Of a stretch of 64,000 bases of DNA, positions 1-10,214 are shown in pieces. The notes under the pieces are model-generated. The model was not told where the DNA came from. It ran no database searches and was given only the letters and a program-made list of their open reading frames with translations. The position numbers and the translations under genes are program-made. Within the stretch, counting starts at the first letter, position 1, and the number at the start of each line of letters is the position of its first letter. Source of the stretch: Myxococcota bacterium. Its GTDB lineage: Bacteria > Myxococcota_A > SURF-8. The stretch spans positions 96,001-160,000 of the forward strand of contig CAXXQS010000001.1 in the NCBI GenBank assembly GCA_963674735.2, given 5' to 3'.

Positions 1-640
1 ACGCCGTGTTGACCGGGACGTGGGTGTAGTCTTCGTGGGAGCGCAGCCACGATTCGATGAGAATCCGTTCCTCCACGGTACGGCGCTCATCTTTCGAGGC
101 GGCGGCCAACACGATCGAAACCACCGGGTTGGGACCATCGATGCGCGGACCGATGACGATGGACGAACGACGGGGAGCCGCTTTCGGGACAGTGTCTTCG
201 AACAGCGCCTCTTCTTCTTCTTCGAAATCATCTTCGAAGTCGTCTTCTTCCTCATCCAGCGGCGCCTTTTCTTTTTCGGCGGGCTCTTCTTCCTCTTCGT
301 CTTCGAAGTCTTCTTCCTCATCCTCGAATTCGTCGTCGTCTTCGAAGGCTTCCTCGTCCTCGAATTCGTCGTCGTCCTCGAATTTGTCGTCATCAACCGG
401 TTCCGGTTTCGGTTCGGACTTCGGTTCGGGCGCTTTCTCCGGTTCGGCTTTCGCCGGTGGCTCGGCTGGTTCTCCGATCAGGTCGGAGTCATCCTCCATC
501 AGGAGGTCGTCGAGCGACTGAGCCTGAGCCTTCGCAATCCCGGCATACAACGCAAGGTCAAACCCGTAAACAGCGAGGAAAACGGCCAGCACCACGCTTG
601 TGAGCGGCTGAAACCAAGACACCCTCTGCCATTTCTTCAT
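1..640 (-). CDS. Exported protein with a very acidic N-terminal linker; runs off the left edge (partial)
   Basis: Not in the ORF track because there is no stop in the window. Manual translation from ATG at 640: MKKWQRVSWFQPLTSVVLAVFLAVYGFDLALYAGIAKAQAQSLDDLLMEDD..., then a Pro/Glu/Lys linker and a D/E/F-rich tract. The plus-strand Phe- and Ser-rich ORFs here are its shadows. Confidence 0.75.
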   Translation of the reverse strand, partial: MKKWQRVSWFQPLTSVVLAVFLAVYGFDLALYAGIAKAQAQSLDDLLMEDDSDLIGEPAEPPAKAEPEKAPEPKSEPKPEPVDDDKFEDDDEFEDEEAFEDDDEFEDEEEDFEDEEEEEPAEKEKAPLDEEEDDFEDDFEEEEEALFEDTVPKAAPRRSSIVIGPRIDGPNPVVSIVLAAASKDERRTVEERILIESWLRSHEDYTHVPVNTA

Positions 641-763
641 GGTACAAATCTCCCGCATCCTGAGTTAGGTGAGATATTTTCGTTTGCGATTCGTTAATCC
701 TTCTGCACCTTTTGTATACCTCAAAGGTCTTTATGGTGCAATCAAAAATCCGGTCGACGAAGT

Positions 764-1399
764 TTATCCTTCCGATTGGTCATCATCAAAGGCCGTCGGT
801 TCCGTATCAGAGGCGTCATCGGTGCCGGATTCCATGAACTTTTCAAGCGTGGACACCTTTTCGTCGAGCAGCGATACCTGGGCTCGCAGGACGTCCATTT
901 CCTTGGTGAACAAACTGAGATTGGACACGGGGCCCACCACGGCCCGAATGCGGTCGTCGATGCGCCGTTGCAGGTCTTCCAGGTTGTGCTGCGAGATCCG
1001 TAGCAGTTCGCGCACCAGTCGGGTGCCGTCGTCGCGGGTGAAAACGCTTTTTGCCAGCAGTTTTTCGAACACTTCAACCGTTTTTTCGGCTTCTTCGCGA
1101 ATTTGGTTGATGTTGACGCGTTTCTGGAAGAAATCGGTAATGACCTCGCCGCCGCTCTGGATGATGCCGTACAGCGTTTGCGACGAGAGGTTTTTCTGGG
1201 TTTTTTCTTTTTCGAAGATGATCTGCGCCAGGGTGACGGAGGTGATGTCTTTTTTGGTTTTGTAGTCGATGATTTTCACGTCCGTGCCGGACTTGACCAT
1301 CTGCGCGATTTCGTTGAGGGTGATGTAGCAGCTATCATTGGTGTTGTACAACTTACGGTTTGCATAGCGCTTGATGACGATCGGTTTGCCCTTATCCAT
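764..1399 (-). CDS. PhaR-type (PHB accumulation regulator) N-terminal DNA-binding domain protein
   Basis: N-terminal IKRYANRKLYNTNDSCYITL...DITSVTLAQII matches the PhaR DNA-binding domain; C-terminal coiled coil; likely start MDKGKP at 1399. Confidence 0.85.
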   Translation of the reverse strand: MDKGKPIVIKRYANRKLYNTNDSCYITLNEIAQMVKSGTDVKIIDYKTKKDITSVTLAQIIFEKEKTQKNLSSQTLYGIIQSGGEVITDFFQKRVNINQIREEAEKTVEVFEKLLAKSVFTRDDGTRLVRELLRISQHNLEDLQRRIDDRIRAVVGPVSNLSLFTKEMDVLRAQVSLLDEKVSTLEKFMESGTDDASDTEPTAFDDDQSEG

Positions 1400-1696
1400 C
1401 CGGTAAGCCCCTGTTTTCACGTGTCGTACGTCTTGATATTACATGCCGCGTTCTTCTCGCTGTAACACAGGAAACCGCGAATTGTCAATTCTTTCCGCGT
1501 ATTTATCGGAACAAGGAACGCGGATCCGCTCGTTTGCGCCGACCGAGGCCTTCCGCCGGGCAGGTTTCGCGACCAAACTTGAAGCGGATGTGTAGCAATC
1601 ATACACGAAAAGTGTTTGCATGATCGATTTATCCGTTGCAATCGAAAGCGGTGTTGGATAGCATAAAGTCAATGAAGAAAGAAGGAAGAGTGAAAA

Positions 1697-2647
1697 GTGA
1701 AAAATCTTAGCCTTCAAATCAGTGTGTATCAATTCAGTGACTACCGTGCATTCCTTGAGGCGGCCTATCACGACCTGCACAGCCGGAATGCGGATGTATC
1801 CTATCGCTGGCTTCAGAAGCGCGCCGGATACTCCGTTCATTCCAATCATCTGTGGCAGGTGATCGCCGGTCGCACGACACTGAGCCCCACCGCCGCCCGT
1901 CGCTACGGACAGGCGGTCGGCCTGCCGGGTCGCGAATTGAAATTTTTTGTGGCCCTGGCGGCCATGAATCAGGCCAAGTCGGACGAGGAGCGCACCGCCT
2001 GGCTTGAGGAAATGCGGCGCCACGACGGTTTCCGCAATGCACGGGGGCGGGGGCACATCCACTACGCCTTCTATGAAGACTGGTATCTACCCGCTTTGCG
2101 AGCCTTGGTTACCCTGGAGGATTTCCGCGAGGATGCAGCCTGGATGGCGGCGCGTTTGCGGCCGCGAATTCGTCCCAGACAGGCTACGTCGGGGATCAAA
2201 CGCTTGATCGAACTCGGTTTTTTGCGCCACGATGAATCCGGACGGCTGGTGCAAAGTGAACCGATGATCGGGGTTCCCGCCGATCGGGACGACTCGGAAC
2301 CGGTGGAGCGGCTGGCCGTTCGTAATTACCACCGGGAAATGATGCGGCTTGGCGATGAGGCCATCGAAGGACATCCACAGACCGTGCGCGCCATCCTGGG
2401 CAACACTATGGCGGTCTCGCGGCGTCAGGCGGCGGCGATCAAGGCGAAGCTTGCGGAAACGATTCACGAGATCGAGGCGATGATCGAAGAAGACGAGCCG
2501 ATCGAAGTGATATATCGGCTTAATATGCAGTATTTTCCGTTGGTTGAGGTGGATGAACTCCCTGCCGGGAACGCCGCCGAGACCCGTTCGAATCGACGGA
2601 AAACAGAAAAGATCCAGGACAAAAAGTCCGGGTCGGGGAGGTCATGA
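1697..2647 (+). CDS. TIGR02147 family protein (HTH plus DUF4423-like C-terminus)
   Basis: Family-typical segments: YQFSDYRAFL, SYRWLQKRAG, FYEDWYLPALRAL, VRNYHREMM, and the C-terminal YRLNMQYFPL. Confidence 0.85.
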   Translation: MKNLSLQISVYQFSDYRAFLEAAYHDLHSRNADVSYRWLQKRAGYSVHSNHLWQVIAGRTTLSPTAARRYGQAVGLPGRELKFFVALAAMNQAKSDEERTAWLEEMRRHDGFRNARGRGHIHYAFYEDWYLPALRALVTLEDFREDAAWMAARLRPRIRPRQATSGIKRLIELGFLRHDESGRLVQSEPMIGVPADRDDSEPVERLAVRNYHREMMRLGDEAIEGHPQTVRAILGNTMAVSRRQAAAIKAKLAETIHEIEAMIEEDEPIEVIYRLNMQYFPLVEVDELPAGNAAETRSNRRKTEKIQDKKSGSGRS

Positions 2648-5244
2648 TGATGCGACGAGCGATGCTGATTTTTCTGCTGATGACCGTGTGGGTGTTTGGG
2701 GGTTTGATCGGCTGCGACGAACCGGTGGAGATCGACATAGAGCCGGATGGCGATAACAATACGGATGGATACGAGGGTCGAACCTACATGCTGGGGAACG
2801 GCTCTACCGATGGAAATCCGGCGGCGGTTTACATCGCTTTCGATGTTCACAACAGCGTGCCCCAGACCACGCCCCTGATCGACTGGGAGCTGGCTTCCAT
2901 CAGTCTCGATGAGGTTTTCCTGGCGGATGCGGCGGAGTGTAACAATGAAGACGGCCTGAGCCTGCCGACGGATGCGAAGTACATTTCGATGCTGATGCTC
3001 GATAGCAAAGGCGGGCTGGAAGGTTACAACCGGCTCGGCTTCAATGCGCCCGGCGATACGGATTACTGTTCCATGGATTTGCGCTTGGCGGGCGATTGGG
3101 GCTTGGTGGGTTTCGATGCCCTGGGCCGTCTGCCGGATGGCGGGGAGATTCTCATCAATCTTAGAACTTACGGGCTGATGCCGTTTGTTCCGGCGCAAGG
3201 CGCTTTCAATTGGGCGGCCGGATCGCAGGTGCATTACGTCGCCAGCCTGGATATCGGAGCCTTGATCGATCAGGAGATCCTGGATGAGCTTGAGCCGAAT
3301 GCGGACGGCGCGGTGGTCGTGGCTACGGTGGATGACAGCAATGGCGAAAACAATACCGCCATGGCGGAGCAGGTGATGGAACGGTTGTTTGCCAACCTGC
3401 ATCTTTTCGTGGATCCCGACGGCAACGGCAGTCTCGATGAGACCGAGCGCGCCGAAAACCCGGTGGCCGAGGCCGATGAAGAACGGGCGCGTGAATACGG
3501 CGAAGAAGGTCCGAGCGACGGCGATACGGATGGCGACGGACAAACCGACATTGGCGATTGCCTCGTCGTTACGCCTTCGGAACTCGATTTCGGATTTGTA
3601 TACCTGGGAAGCATCGCCGACCGGTCGGTCCAGATAGCGAATGGCTGCAACTACGACAGCTTGTCGGTATCGGTTATCTCTCAGCAGGATGAAAGCGATG
3701 CGGATTTCATCCTGTCCGAACTTCCCGAACTGCCGCTGGTTTTGGACCCCGGCGAGTTGGCCACAGTGACAGTCCGCTTTGAACCGCAAGATCTTGGAGG
3801 GAAAAGCGCCACGCTGGAAATCATCAGCGACCGCGGAGAGGCCGACGTCTATATCCACGGCAACGACGGCCGCCGTTGTGATCAGTTGGTGGTCGATTGC
3901 CCGAGCGGCCACACACCGCCCGACTGCGACGGCTGCGCGGGCGCCTGCCACATCGGCTACGGCGACGACGATCACCCCCTGACGACCGTTTTCCGCTTGG
4001 AAAATCTCCAGTGCGACTCGAATGACTTGATTACCATCAGTCTGATCTCGCTGGAGGGCGCGGATCACCCCGCCTTCTCGCTCGACAATCTCGACGAGCT
4101 GTTTCCTGAAGGCACGGCGACGCCTTTCTATCTCGCCCCGAACCAGGTGTTCGAGCTAGAAGTCAGCTTCCAGCCGCTGTTTTCGGGCGTGCACACCGCC
4201 CGGTTGGAATTTGAGCACGACAGCCCGAGCGTCGAGCAACCGCTGGTCATCGACCTGGTGGCCATTGGTGGCTGGCCGGAATTCACGGTCGCGCCGACCG
4301 CGCTCGATTTCGGGCCGGTGCCGGTGGGCGATTCGTGGACGATGGAACTGACGGCTGAGACCACGAGCGAACTGCCGCTGAGCTTCGACCGCGTGTGGGT
4401 CGAGAACCGTTCACCCGAGTACAGCGTGGAAGCGACCGATAATCCGCAGATCTACAATGTGACTTTCGCTCCGACGGCGGCGACGACCGTCGAGGACATG
4501 ATCGGCCTCTATTACCACATGCAGGCGGACGCGGAGGCGAACGTCCCGGTCACCGGCTTCGGCGTCCCGGCCTGCGATGAAAATCTGGTCCTCACACCGG
4601 AAACCCTCGCTTTCGGATACGTCGAGGCGGGCACCAGCGTGCAAAGGGAAACGGATGTGAGGAATTTCGGTACGGAAAGCGTGTCCATCACCAACATTAC
4701 TGTTGGCGGCGATGCGGGATTTTCGCTCAATGCTGCCAGTGCAGCGGCTTTGCCGGTCACAATCCCACCGGGTGGGCAGTTTGCCCTGGCGGTGGATTTC
4801 ATGCCGTTTGAGCTTCCGGCGATTGGTTGGCTGCGCATCCAGATGGATGACGGCTGCGAGTTGGTTGTGCACATGGATAGTACTGAGTTGACCGTCGATT
4901 ACTGCCGTGCGCCCAGCATGGAGCCCACGGATCTCGACTTCGGCTGTGTCGACGTCGGTGAAACCGGCCAACTGAGCTTCATCTGGACCAGCCGCATCGT
5001 GTCGGACATGACGATCACCGATATTTCCTTTGATCCGGCCGATTCGCCCTTCGCTTCGGCCATGCCGGATCTGCCCGCGACGTTACCGGCCCTCGGAACG
5101 CTCACCATCGGTCCGCTGACCTTTACCCCGGATTCACTCGGCGATGCGGACGCCACCCTGGTCGTGACGACCGATTCGGATAGCTGCGGGACGTCCGGTT
5201 TCTTCCGTATCCCGATCGGCGGACAAGGCTGCGAATCCCTTTGA
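2644..5244 (+). CDS. Lipoprotein with several ASH/choice-of-anchor D Ig-like domains
   Basis: Signal peptide ending in lipobox LIGC; repeated P-x-x-L-D-F-G-x-V...N...F-x-P units (LDFGFV, LDFGPV, LAFGYV, LDFGCV); DGD motifs; ATGA overlap with the upstream gene. Confidence 0.8.
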   Translation: MMMRRAMLIFLLMTVWVFGGLIGCDEPVEIDIEPDGDNNTDGYEGRTYMLGNGSTDGNPAAVYIAFDVHNSVPQTTPLIDWELASISLDEVFLADAAECNNEDGLSLPTDAKYISMLMLDSKGGLEGYNRLGFNAPGDTDYCSMDLRLAGDWGLVGFDALGRLPDGGEILINLRTYGLMPFVPAQGAFNWAAGSQVHYVASLDIGALIDQEILDELEPNADGAVVVATVDDSNGENNTAMAEQVMERLFANLHLFVDPDGNGSLDETERAENPVAEADEERAREYGEEGPSDGDTDGDGQTDIGDCLVVTPSELDFGFVYLGSIADRSVQIANGCNYDSLSVSVISQQDESDADFILSELPELPLVLDPGELATVTVRFEPQDLGGKSATLEIISDRGEADVYIHGNDGRRCDQLVVDCPSGHTPPDCDGCAGACHIGYGDDDHPLTTVFRLENLQCDSNDLITISLISLEGADHPAFSLDNLDELFPEGTATPFYLAPNQVFELEVSFQPLFSGVHTARLEFEHDSPSVEQPLVIDLVAIGGWPEFTVAPTALDFGPVPVGDSWTMELTAETTSELPLSFDRVWVENRSPEYSVEATDNPQIYNVTFAPTAATTVEDMIGLYYHMQADAEANVPVTGFGVPACDENLVLTPETLAFGYVEAGTSVQRETDVRNFGTESVSITNITVGGDAGFSLNAASAAALPVTIPPGGQFALAVDFMPFELPAIGWLRIQMDDGCELVVHMDSTELTVDYCRAPSMEPTDLDFGCVDVGETGQLSFIWTSRIVSDMTITDISFDPADSPFASAMPDLPATLPALGTLTIGPLTFTPDSLGDADATLVVTTDSDSCGTSGFFRIPIGGQGCESL

Positions 5245-5335
5245 TCCGCGCCTCCTTTCCTCTTTTCCCCTTGTTGCGTGCGAGGTCGGGCTTTTGCCCG
5301 ACCTCGCATGTTTTTGAGGGCAGGGAGAACGGAGC

Positions 5336-5707
5336 TCAGGCTTCGTCGGCTTGCGGCGGCACCCAGCCTTCCGGCTTGGACGGCTTTTCAGTGGGCGATC
5401 CCGAAGGGGTTTTCTGCATGTTTTTTTCGTGAACGCGCCGGAAGTAGCCCGACAGATCTTCCCCCAGCACCACGCCGGTACCGAAGGTGACGTACAGCAG
5501 GTCGCACAGGGCGTCGATCATCTCGGTTTTATCGTTGGACGATGCCGCCGCCACAAACTCGGAGGCCTCTTCTACGATGAGGCGGGCGCGGAAAAGCAAC
5601 TGGGCCGGATCGGTCTCGACGGCCACCGGATGTCCCATGCGTTCATGGAAGGCCTTCACCATCTCCTGGAATTCACAGCTTTCGAAACGGGGGGACGACT
5701 GGGGCAT
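5336..5707 (-). CDS. MazG-like / PRA-PH family NTP pyrophosphohydrolase
   Basis: VKAFH...RARLIVEEASEF...EMIDALCDLLYV...VHEKNMQK...KPEGW pattern of all-alpha NTP pyrophosphatases. Confidence 0.85.
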   Translation of the reverse strand: MPQSSPRFESCEFQEMVKAFHERMGHPVAVETDPAQLLFRARLIVEEASEFVAAASSNDKTEMIDALCDLLYVTFGTGVVLGEDLSGYFRRVHEKNMQKTPSGSPTEKPSKPEGWVPPQADEA

Positions 5708-5826
5708 GTCGAAGGACTCCTGGGGGGTTGAGCATGATTGTAAAAATGCCGACGGGCGCTCATAAATGCGCGCCCGCCGGTAGCACCGATTTCCTCCGTC
5801 CCGGTTCTCGGGTGGAAGAACTCCCT

Positions 5827-6441
5827 CTATTGTGCCGGGGTGCAGGCGAATGCACCCATGACCGCGAAGTAGTTGCCGACGGTGGCGCTGTCTTGCAGGC
5901 GGCAGTCGAATTCGCCGCTGTTCTCGTCGAGCAGCGTCAGCGTGCAGGGCGTGATCGAACGATAATTGGCGAACACGCGTTCGCCGCCCTCATACGATTC
6001 TTCCACCGACCACAACATGCCGAGCGTGTTGCCCGGCAGGGCGTAGTCGCCGGGGGCGCTGTAGTCGTCGAGCGTGATGGTGAATTCGGACCAGGTGTCG
6101 TCGGTGGCGAATTGGGTGACGCTGAAGGTGCTGCCAGCGATCGCGCAACCGGACGGCAGCACGTCGTGGATCGCATAGACGTAGTCGCCTTCCAGGTCGC
6201 CGCTGTCCACGTTGAAGCACAGGCTGTCGGCGGTGGGTACGCAGCGTCCGGCCGGGGTGTCGCCGTCGGCGGGAGCATCGCCATCGGCTGGAGCATCGCC
6301 ATCGGCGGGCGTGTCGCCATCGACTTCGCCGTCCCCATCCACATCGCCGTCTTCACTGTCGTCGTCTCCGCCGCAACCGGCCACGACGACGGTCAGGGCT
6401 AGTACCAGAATCATCAGCATCCACCAGTTGGATCGGGTCAT
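5827..6441 (-). CDS. Hypothetical lipoprotein with a DGD-repeat linker
   Basis: Lipobox VAGC followed by EDGDVDGDGEVDGDTPADGDAPADGDAPADGDTP and a small beta-rich domain. Confidence 0.75.
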   Translation of the reverse strand: MTRSNWWMLMILVLALTVVVAGCGGDDDSEDGDVDGDGEVDGDTPADGDAPADGDAPADGDTPAGRCVPTADSLCFNVDSGDLEGDYVYAIHDVLPSGCAIAGSTFSVTQFATDDTWSEFTITLDDYSAPGDYALPGNTLGMLWSVEESYEGGERVFANYRSITPCTLTLLDENSGEFDCRLQDSATVGNYFAVMGAFACTPAQ

Positions 6442-6519
6442 TGGACTTCCTCGATTATTGAATGACGAACGGCGTTATTCTGCCCCGTTCGGCTTGGGTT
6501 GTCAACCTATCCGTTGCTC

Positions 6520-8487
6520 TTAATCCTCGTCGGCGACGGGCTTTTCGGCCCCTTGCATATCGGTATCCGAACCTTCTTTCGGGGGCTCGGGCGACAAACG
6601 CCGGATGGACGCCATCGGTTCTTTCTTGCGGCGCGCGAAGGCCTCTTCGAGCTGCGGTACCCAGTCGGAAATCAATTCGAAGCGCACCTGTTTGTCTTCG
6701 ATGACGATTTCCCCGATCGACCGTTTCTTGACGCCGCCGGTCTGGCAGACCAGCGAAATCACATCGGAGGGTTCCGCGAGTCCCTGTTCGCGTCCGATGG
6801 ACAAGGCCAGCCAGCTGCGCGGTTTGCGGCGTGAGGGACGCGGATGGGGTTTATCGTTATCGGATGCCTTTTTCGGGGGACGCTCGCCACGGCTGCTCTC
6901 GCTCCGACTACCTTCGTTGCGGCTGGACGGCCGCCGTCCCGCGCGATCGCCTCGGTCGTTGCGGCTGTTACGGCTGTTACGGTCGCCGCTGCGCCCGGAG
7001 CGGGAGCGACCCCCCATGCGTTCGGCTTTGCGCTCGGCCTGCTGCTTGAGATCGGTTTTACCCAAAAGCGCCGGTCGCACGAAGATGCGTTCCTTGTGTT
7101 CGGGGTTGTCGGCGTCGTAGCCGTGAGCGAAGTCCCAACCGAACTGGCGCAGCATCGTCAACAGACCGGCGGCGGCGGTGTAGGGGTCGAGGGCTTCGAG
7201 CAGTTCATCGGTGAAGAGCGCGATATCGTCCGGGTAGCCTTCCGATTCCATGGCCTTGAGACGGCCGATGAAGGTCTTGCGCACGCTGGCGTCCACGGCG
7301 GCTTTATCGGGAACCTCGACCTGGTCGAACGTGAGGTTCATGTGGCGCTGGATGGTGCCGATGGCCAGAATCTCATGCGGGGCGACCAGCGAAATCGCTT
7401 CTCCGCGATGTCCGGCGCGGCCTGTACGGCCCACGCGGTGCAGGTAGAGATCCTTGTTTTCGGGGATGTCGTAGTTGATGACGTGTGAAACACCGAAAAT
7501 GTCGATGCCGCGCGCCGCGACGTCGGTCGCGACCAGAACATCCAGGATGCCGTCTTTGAACAGATTGAGCGTTTTGCTGCGTACCGCCTGCGACAGATCG
7601 CCGCTCAAGAAGCCGACGGCGAAGCCTTCTTCATAGAGGTGCTCCGCCGTGTTCTCGGCGTCGGATTTCATGTTGGTGAAAATCAGCACCTTGGTACGCG
7701 GGATGGAGTGCAGGATGTTGACCAGGGTGACGAACTTGTGCAGTTTCGGGGTCCGGTAAACGCTGTGATGAATGTCGCGGTTGATCGAGCGTCCGGCCAT
7801 GCCGATGATGATTTGCTCGGGGTTGTTGAGATGATTGTCGGCCAGGCTGCGCACCTGTGAGGGGATGGTGGCCGAGAACAGCATGGTCTGTTTGGTGCTC
7901 GGGGTGTGGCCAAGCAGGCGCATGACGTCGGGCAGGAAACCGCGATCGAGCATTTCGTCCGCTTCATCCAACACCACCATTCCGGCGTTTTCGAGGCTCA
8001 GGGTGCCCCGGCGCAGGTGGTCGAGAATACGGCCCGGCGTGCCCACCACGATCTGTGCACCCGCCCTGAGTCGATCGATCTGGGCGTTCATGGATGCGCC
8101 GCCGTAAATCGGGACGACGGTCTGGTTGCCGAGTGCGCCGGCTCTGCTGATCTCTTCCGCTACCTGCACGGCCAGCTCGCGTGTGGGTGACAGCACCAGG
8201 GCTTGCACGAATTTCTTGTCGGGGTCGAGCTTCTCCAGAATCGGTAGCCCGAAAGCCAGCGTTTTACCCGAGCCGGTTTTGGCCTGGACGATCAGGTCCA
8301 CCCCGGCGTGTACGCGCTGAATGCTTTTCTGCTGCACTTCCGTGGGGGCGGCGAAGCCCATGCGCGCCACGGCGTCGCGGCTGGTTTCGGTCAGCTCGAT
8401 GGCGTCCCAACTCAATTCGAGCTTCGGTTCCTCCTCGGCGGGCGCACCAAAGTGGCCTCCGTTGGGGAGTTTCGTTTCGTCTGTCAT
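6520..8487 (-). CDS. DEAD-box RNA helicase (DeaD/CshA-like) with C-terminal DbpA-type RNA-binding domain
   Basis: Q motif, TGSGKT, PTRELA, TPGR, DEAD, SAT, ARGID and HRVGRTGRAG all present; Arg/Ser-rich linker before the C-terminal domain. Confidence 0.95.
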   Translation of the reverse strand: MTDETKLPNGGHFGAPAEEEPKLELSWDAIELTETSRDAVARMGFAAPTEVQQKSIQRVHAGVDLIVQAKTGSGKTLAFGLPILEKLDPDKKFVQALVLSPTRELAVQVAEEISRAGALGNQTVVPIYGGASMNAQIDRLRAGAQIVVGTPGRILDHLRRGTLSLENAGMVVLDEADEMLDRGFLPDVMRLLGHTPSTKQTMLFSATIPSQVRSLADNHLNNPEQIIIGMAGRSINRDIHHSVYRTPKLHKFVTLVNILHSIPRTKVLIFTNMKSDAENTAEHLYEEGFAVGFLSGDLSQAVRSKTLNLFKDGILDVLVATDVAARGIDIFGVSHVINYDIPENKDLYLHRVGRTGRAGHRGEAISLVAPHEILAIGTIQRHMNLTFDQVEVPDKAAVDASVRKTFIGRLKAMESEGYPDDIALFTDELLEALDPYTAAAGLLTMLRQFGWDFAHGYDADNPEHKERIFVRPALLGKTDLKQQAERKAERMGGRSRSGRSGDRNSRNSRNDRGDRAGRRPSSRNEGSRSESSRGERPPKKASDNDKPHPRPSRRKPRSWLALSIGREQGLAEPSDVISLVCQTGGVKKRSIGEIVIEDKQVRFELISDWVPQLEEAFARRKKEPMASIRRLSPEPPKEGSDTDMQGAEKPVADED

Positions 8488-8527
8488 TCTTTTCCTCGTC
8501 GTTGTTACTCGACGGGCAAGGGCGGGT

Positions 8528-9130
8528 TCAGGGTCGAAGCCGATCTTCGACCAAGGCGAGGAAATAACGGTGAATCCGCGTGTCGTCCGTCAACTCGGGG
8601 TGAAAACTCGTGGCCATGAGGTGCGCGTGTCTCACGAACACCGCCTGGCCGTCAACCTGGGCCAAAACCTGCACGTCATCGCCATCGGGAAGCATGAGCG
8701 GGGCTCGGATAAACACCGCCCGGTACGGCTCCTCGATGCCGGTGATCGTGATGTCAGCCTCGAAGCTCTCGCGTTGGCGGCCGAAGGCGTTGCGGTGGGC
8801 GGTCATGGACAGCAGCTTTAAAAGCGGCTGCTCGATGGCTCGTCCCCGTTCCACAACGCGCTGGGCTAATAGAATTGCGCCCGCACAAGTGCCCCATATC
8901 GGCAGCCCTTCCTCCCCAAGCTGCCGAACCGGTTCCAATAAATGCCATTCCACCAGCAGTTTGCCGATCGTCGTCGACTCGCCGCCGGGGATAATCAGCC
9001 CTGAAAGGCCGTCCAGTTGCGACGGCAGACGTACTTCCCGTGTTTCGACCCCAAGCGATTCAACCGCCCGGCGGTGTTCGCGAAAGGCGCCTTGCAGGGC
9101 CAGTACGCCGATGATGGGATCGCCCGCCAT
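8528..9130 (-). CDS. pdxT: Pyridoxal 5'-phosphate synthase glutaminase subunit
   Basis: GVLALQGAFREH, PGGESTT, GTCAG, RNAFGRQRESFE, FIRAP, FHPEL. Confidence 0.97.
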   Translation of the reverse strand: MAGDPIIGVLALQGAFREHRRAVESLGVETREVRLPSQLDGLSGLIIPGGESTTIGKLLVEWHLLEPVRQLGEEGLPIWGTCAGAILLAQRVVERGRAIEQPLLKLLSMTAHRNAFGRQRESFEADITITGIEEPYRAVFIRAPLMLPDGDDVQVLAQVDGQAVFVRHAHLMATSFHPELTDDTRIHRYFLALVEDRLRP

Positions 9131-9172
9131 GAGAGTCTCCTTACAGCCTGCGCGAAACGGGCTTGTCTTGTC

Positions 9173-10060
9173 TTACCAGCCGCGGCGAGCCAGCTGCTCT
9201 TCTTCGGGCAAGGTATCGATGTTGATCCCAACCATCGCCTCGCCGAGGTTCTTCGAAATTTCGGCCAGAATCTTCGGATCGTTGTAATGCGTGACCGCCT
9301 GCACGATGGCTTTGGCGCGCTTGGCCGGTTCACCCGATTTGAAGATACCCGAGCCGACGAACACGCCGTCGAGGCCGAGTTGCATCATCAAGGCCGCATC
9401 CGCCGGGGTCGCCACGCCACCCGCCGCGAAATTGACGACCGGTAGGGTTGCGTGTTCGTGTACCCAACGAACCAGTTCGTAAGGAGCGCCCATCACTTTG
9501 GCGGCGCTCATCAGCTCTTCTTCCGGCATGGCCGCAAGCTGCTTGATACCGCCCAGCACCGCCCGCGCATGACGCACGGCCTCGACCACGTCGCCGGTTC
9601 CGGCTTCGCCCTTGGTACGGATCATGGCGGCGCCTTCGGCGATGCGCCGCAGGGCTTCGCTGAGTTCACGGCAACCGCACACGAAAGGAACGGTAAACTT
9701 CCATTTATCGACGTGATGCGCCTCATCGGCGGGGGTGAGGACTTCCGACTCATCGACGAAATCCACTCCCAGCGCTTCGATGATCTGCGCTTCCACGAAA
9801 TGGCCGATGCGTACCTTCGCCATCACCGGAATCGAGACTGAGGCGATGATCTCTTCGATCACCGTCGGGTCGGACATGCGTGCGACTCCGCCCTGGGCGC
9901 GGATGTCCGCGGGAACCCGTTCCAGTGCCATAACGGCGACGGCCCCCGCCTCTTCAGCGATATGGGCCTGCTCGGCGTTCGTAACGTCCATAATCACGCC
10001 ACCCTTCAGCATTTCGGCGTGGCCGGTTTTGACTCGCAACGTGCCTTCGTATTTTTCCAT
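9173..10060 (-). CDS. pdxS: Pyridoxal 5'-phosphate synthase lyase subunit
   Basis: [49 protein letters not shown]-terminal RGW. Confidence 0.98.
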   Translation of the reverse strand: MEKYEGTLRVKTGHAEMLKGGVIMDVTNAEQAHIAEEAGAVAVMALERVPADIRAQGGVARMSDPTVIEEIIASVSIPVMAKVRIGHFVEAQIIEALGVDFVDESEVLTPADEAHHVDKWKFTVPFVCGCRELSEALRRIAEGAAMIRTKGEAGTGDVVEAVRHARAVLGGIKQLAAMPEEELMSAAKVMGAPYELVRWVHEHATLPVVNFAAGGVATPADAALMMQLGLDGVFVGSGIFKSGEPAKRAKAIVQAVTHYNDPKILAEISKNLGEAMVGINIDTLPEEEQLARRGW

Positions 10061-10214
10061 GAGTGCCTCCACAAATCAACGCAATCGGAGGTTCGGCCTC
10101 CTGAGGTAAAACCGCGTGATTATAGGGGGCATACCCGGTGATTGTCAACCACGAGTCGACGATTATTCGTGCTTTTTGTTTTCATGCTCCGGTGGGCTGT
10201 GTTACATAGAGAGA

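Noticed and set aside
20-697. Plus-strand ORFs 20..697 (Phe-rich) and 57..521 (Ser-rich)
   Set aside because: Antisense shadows of the acidic minus-strand gene that starts at 640.
1421-1696. tRNA or other structured RNA in the divergent intergenic region
   Set aside because: No cloverleaf, T-loop or CCA pattern found; it reads as a divergent promoter region.
3920-3955. CAGACH, also CTFCH in the B12 rSAM and CGCH in 60756..61745, as heme c binding sites
   Set aside because: Spacing is non-canonical or the sequence is part of the CxxxCxxC Fe-S motif; none of the Cys-rich lipoproteins is a multiheme cytochrome.
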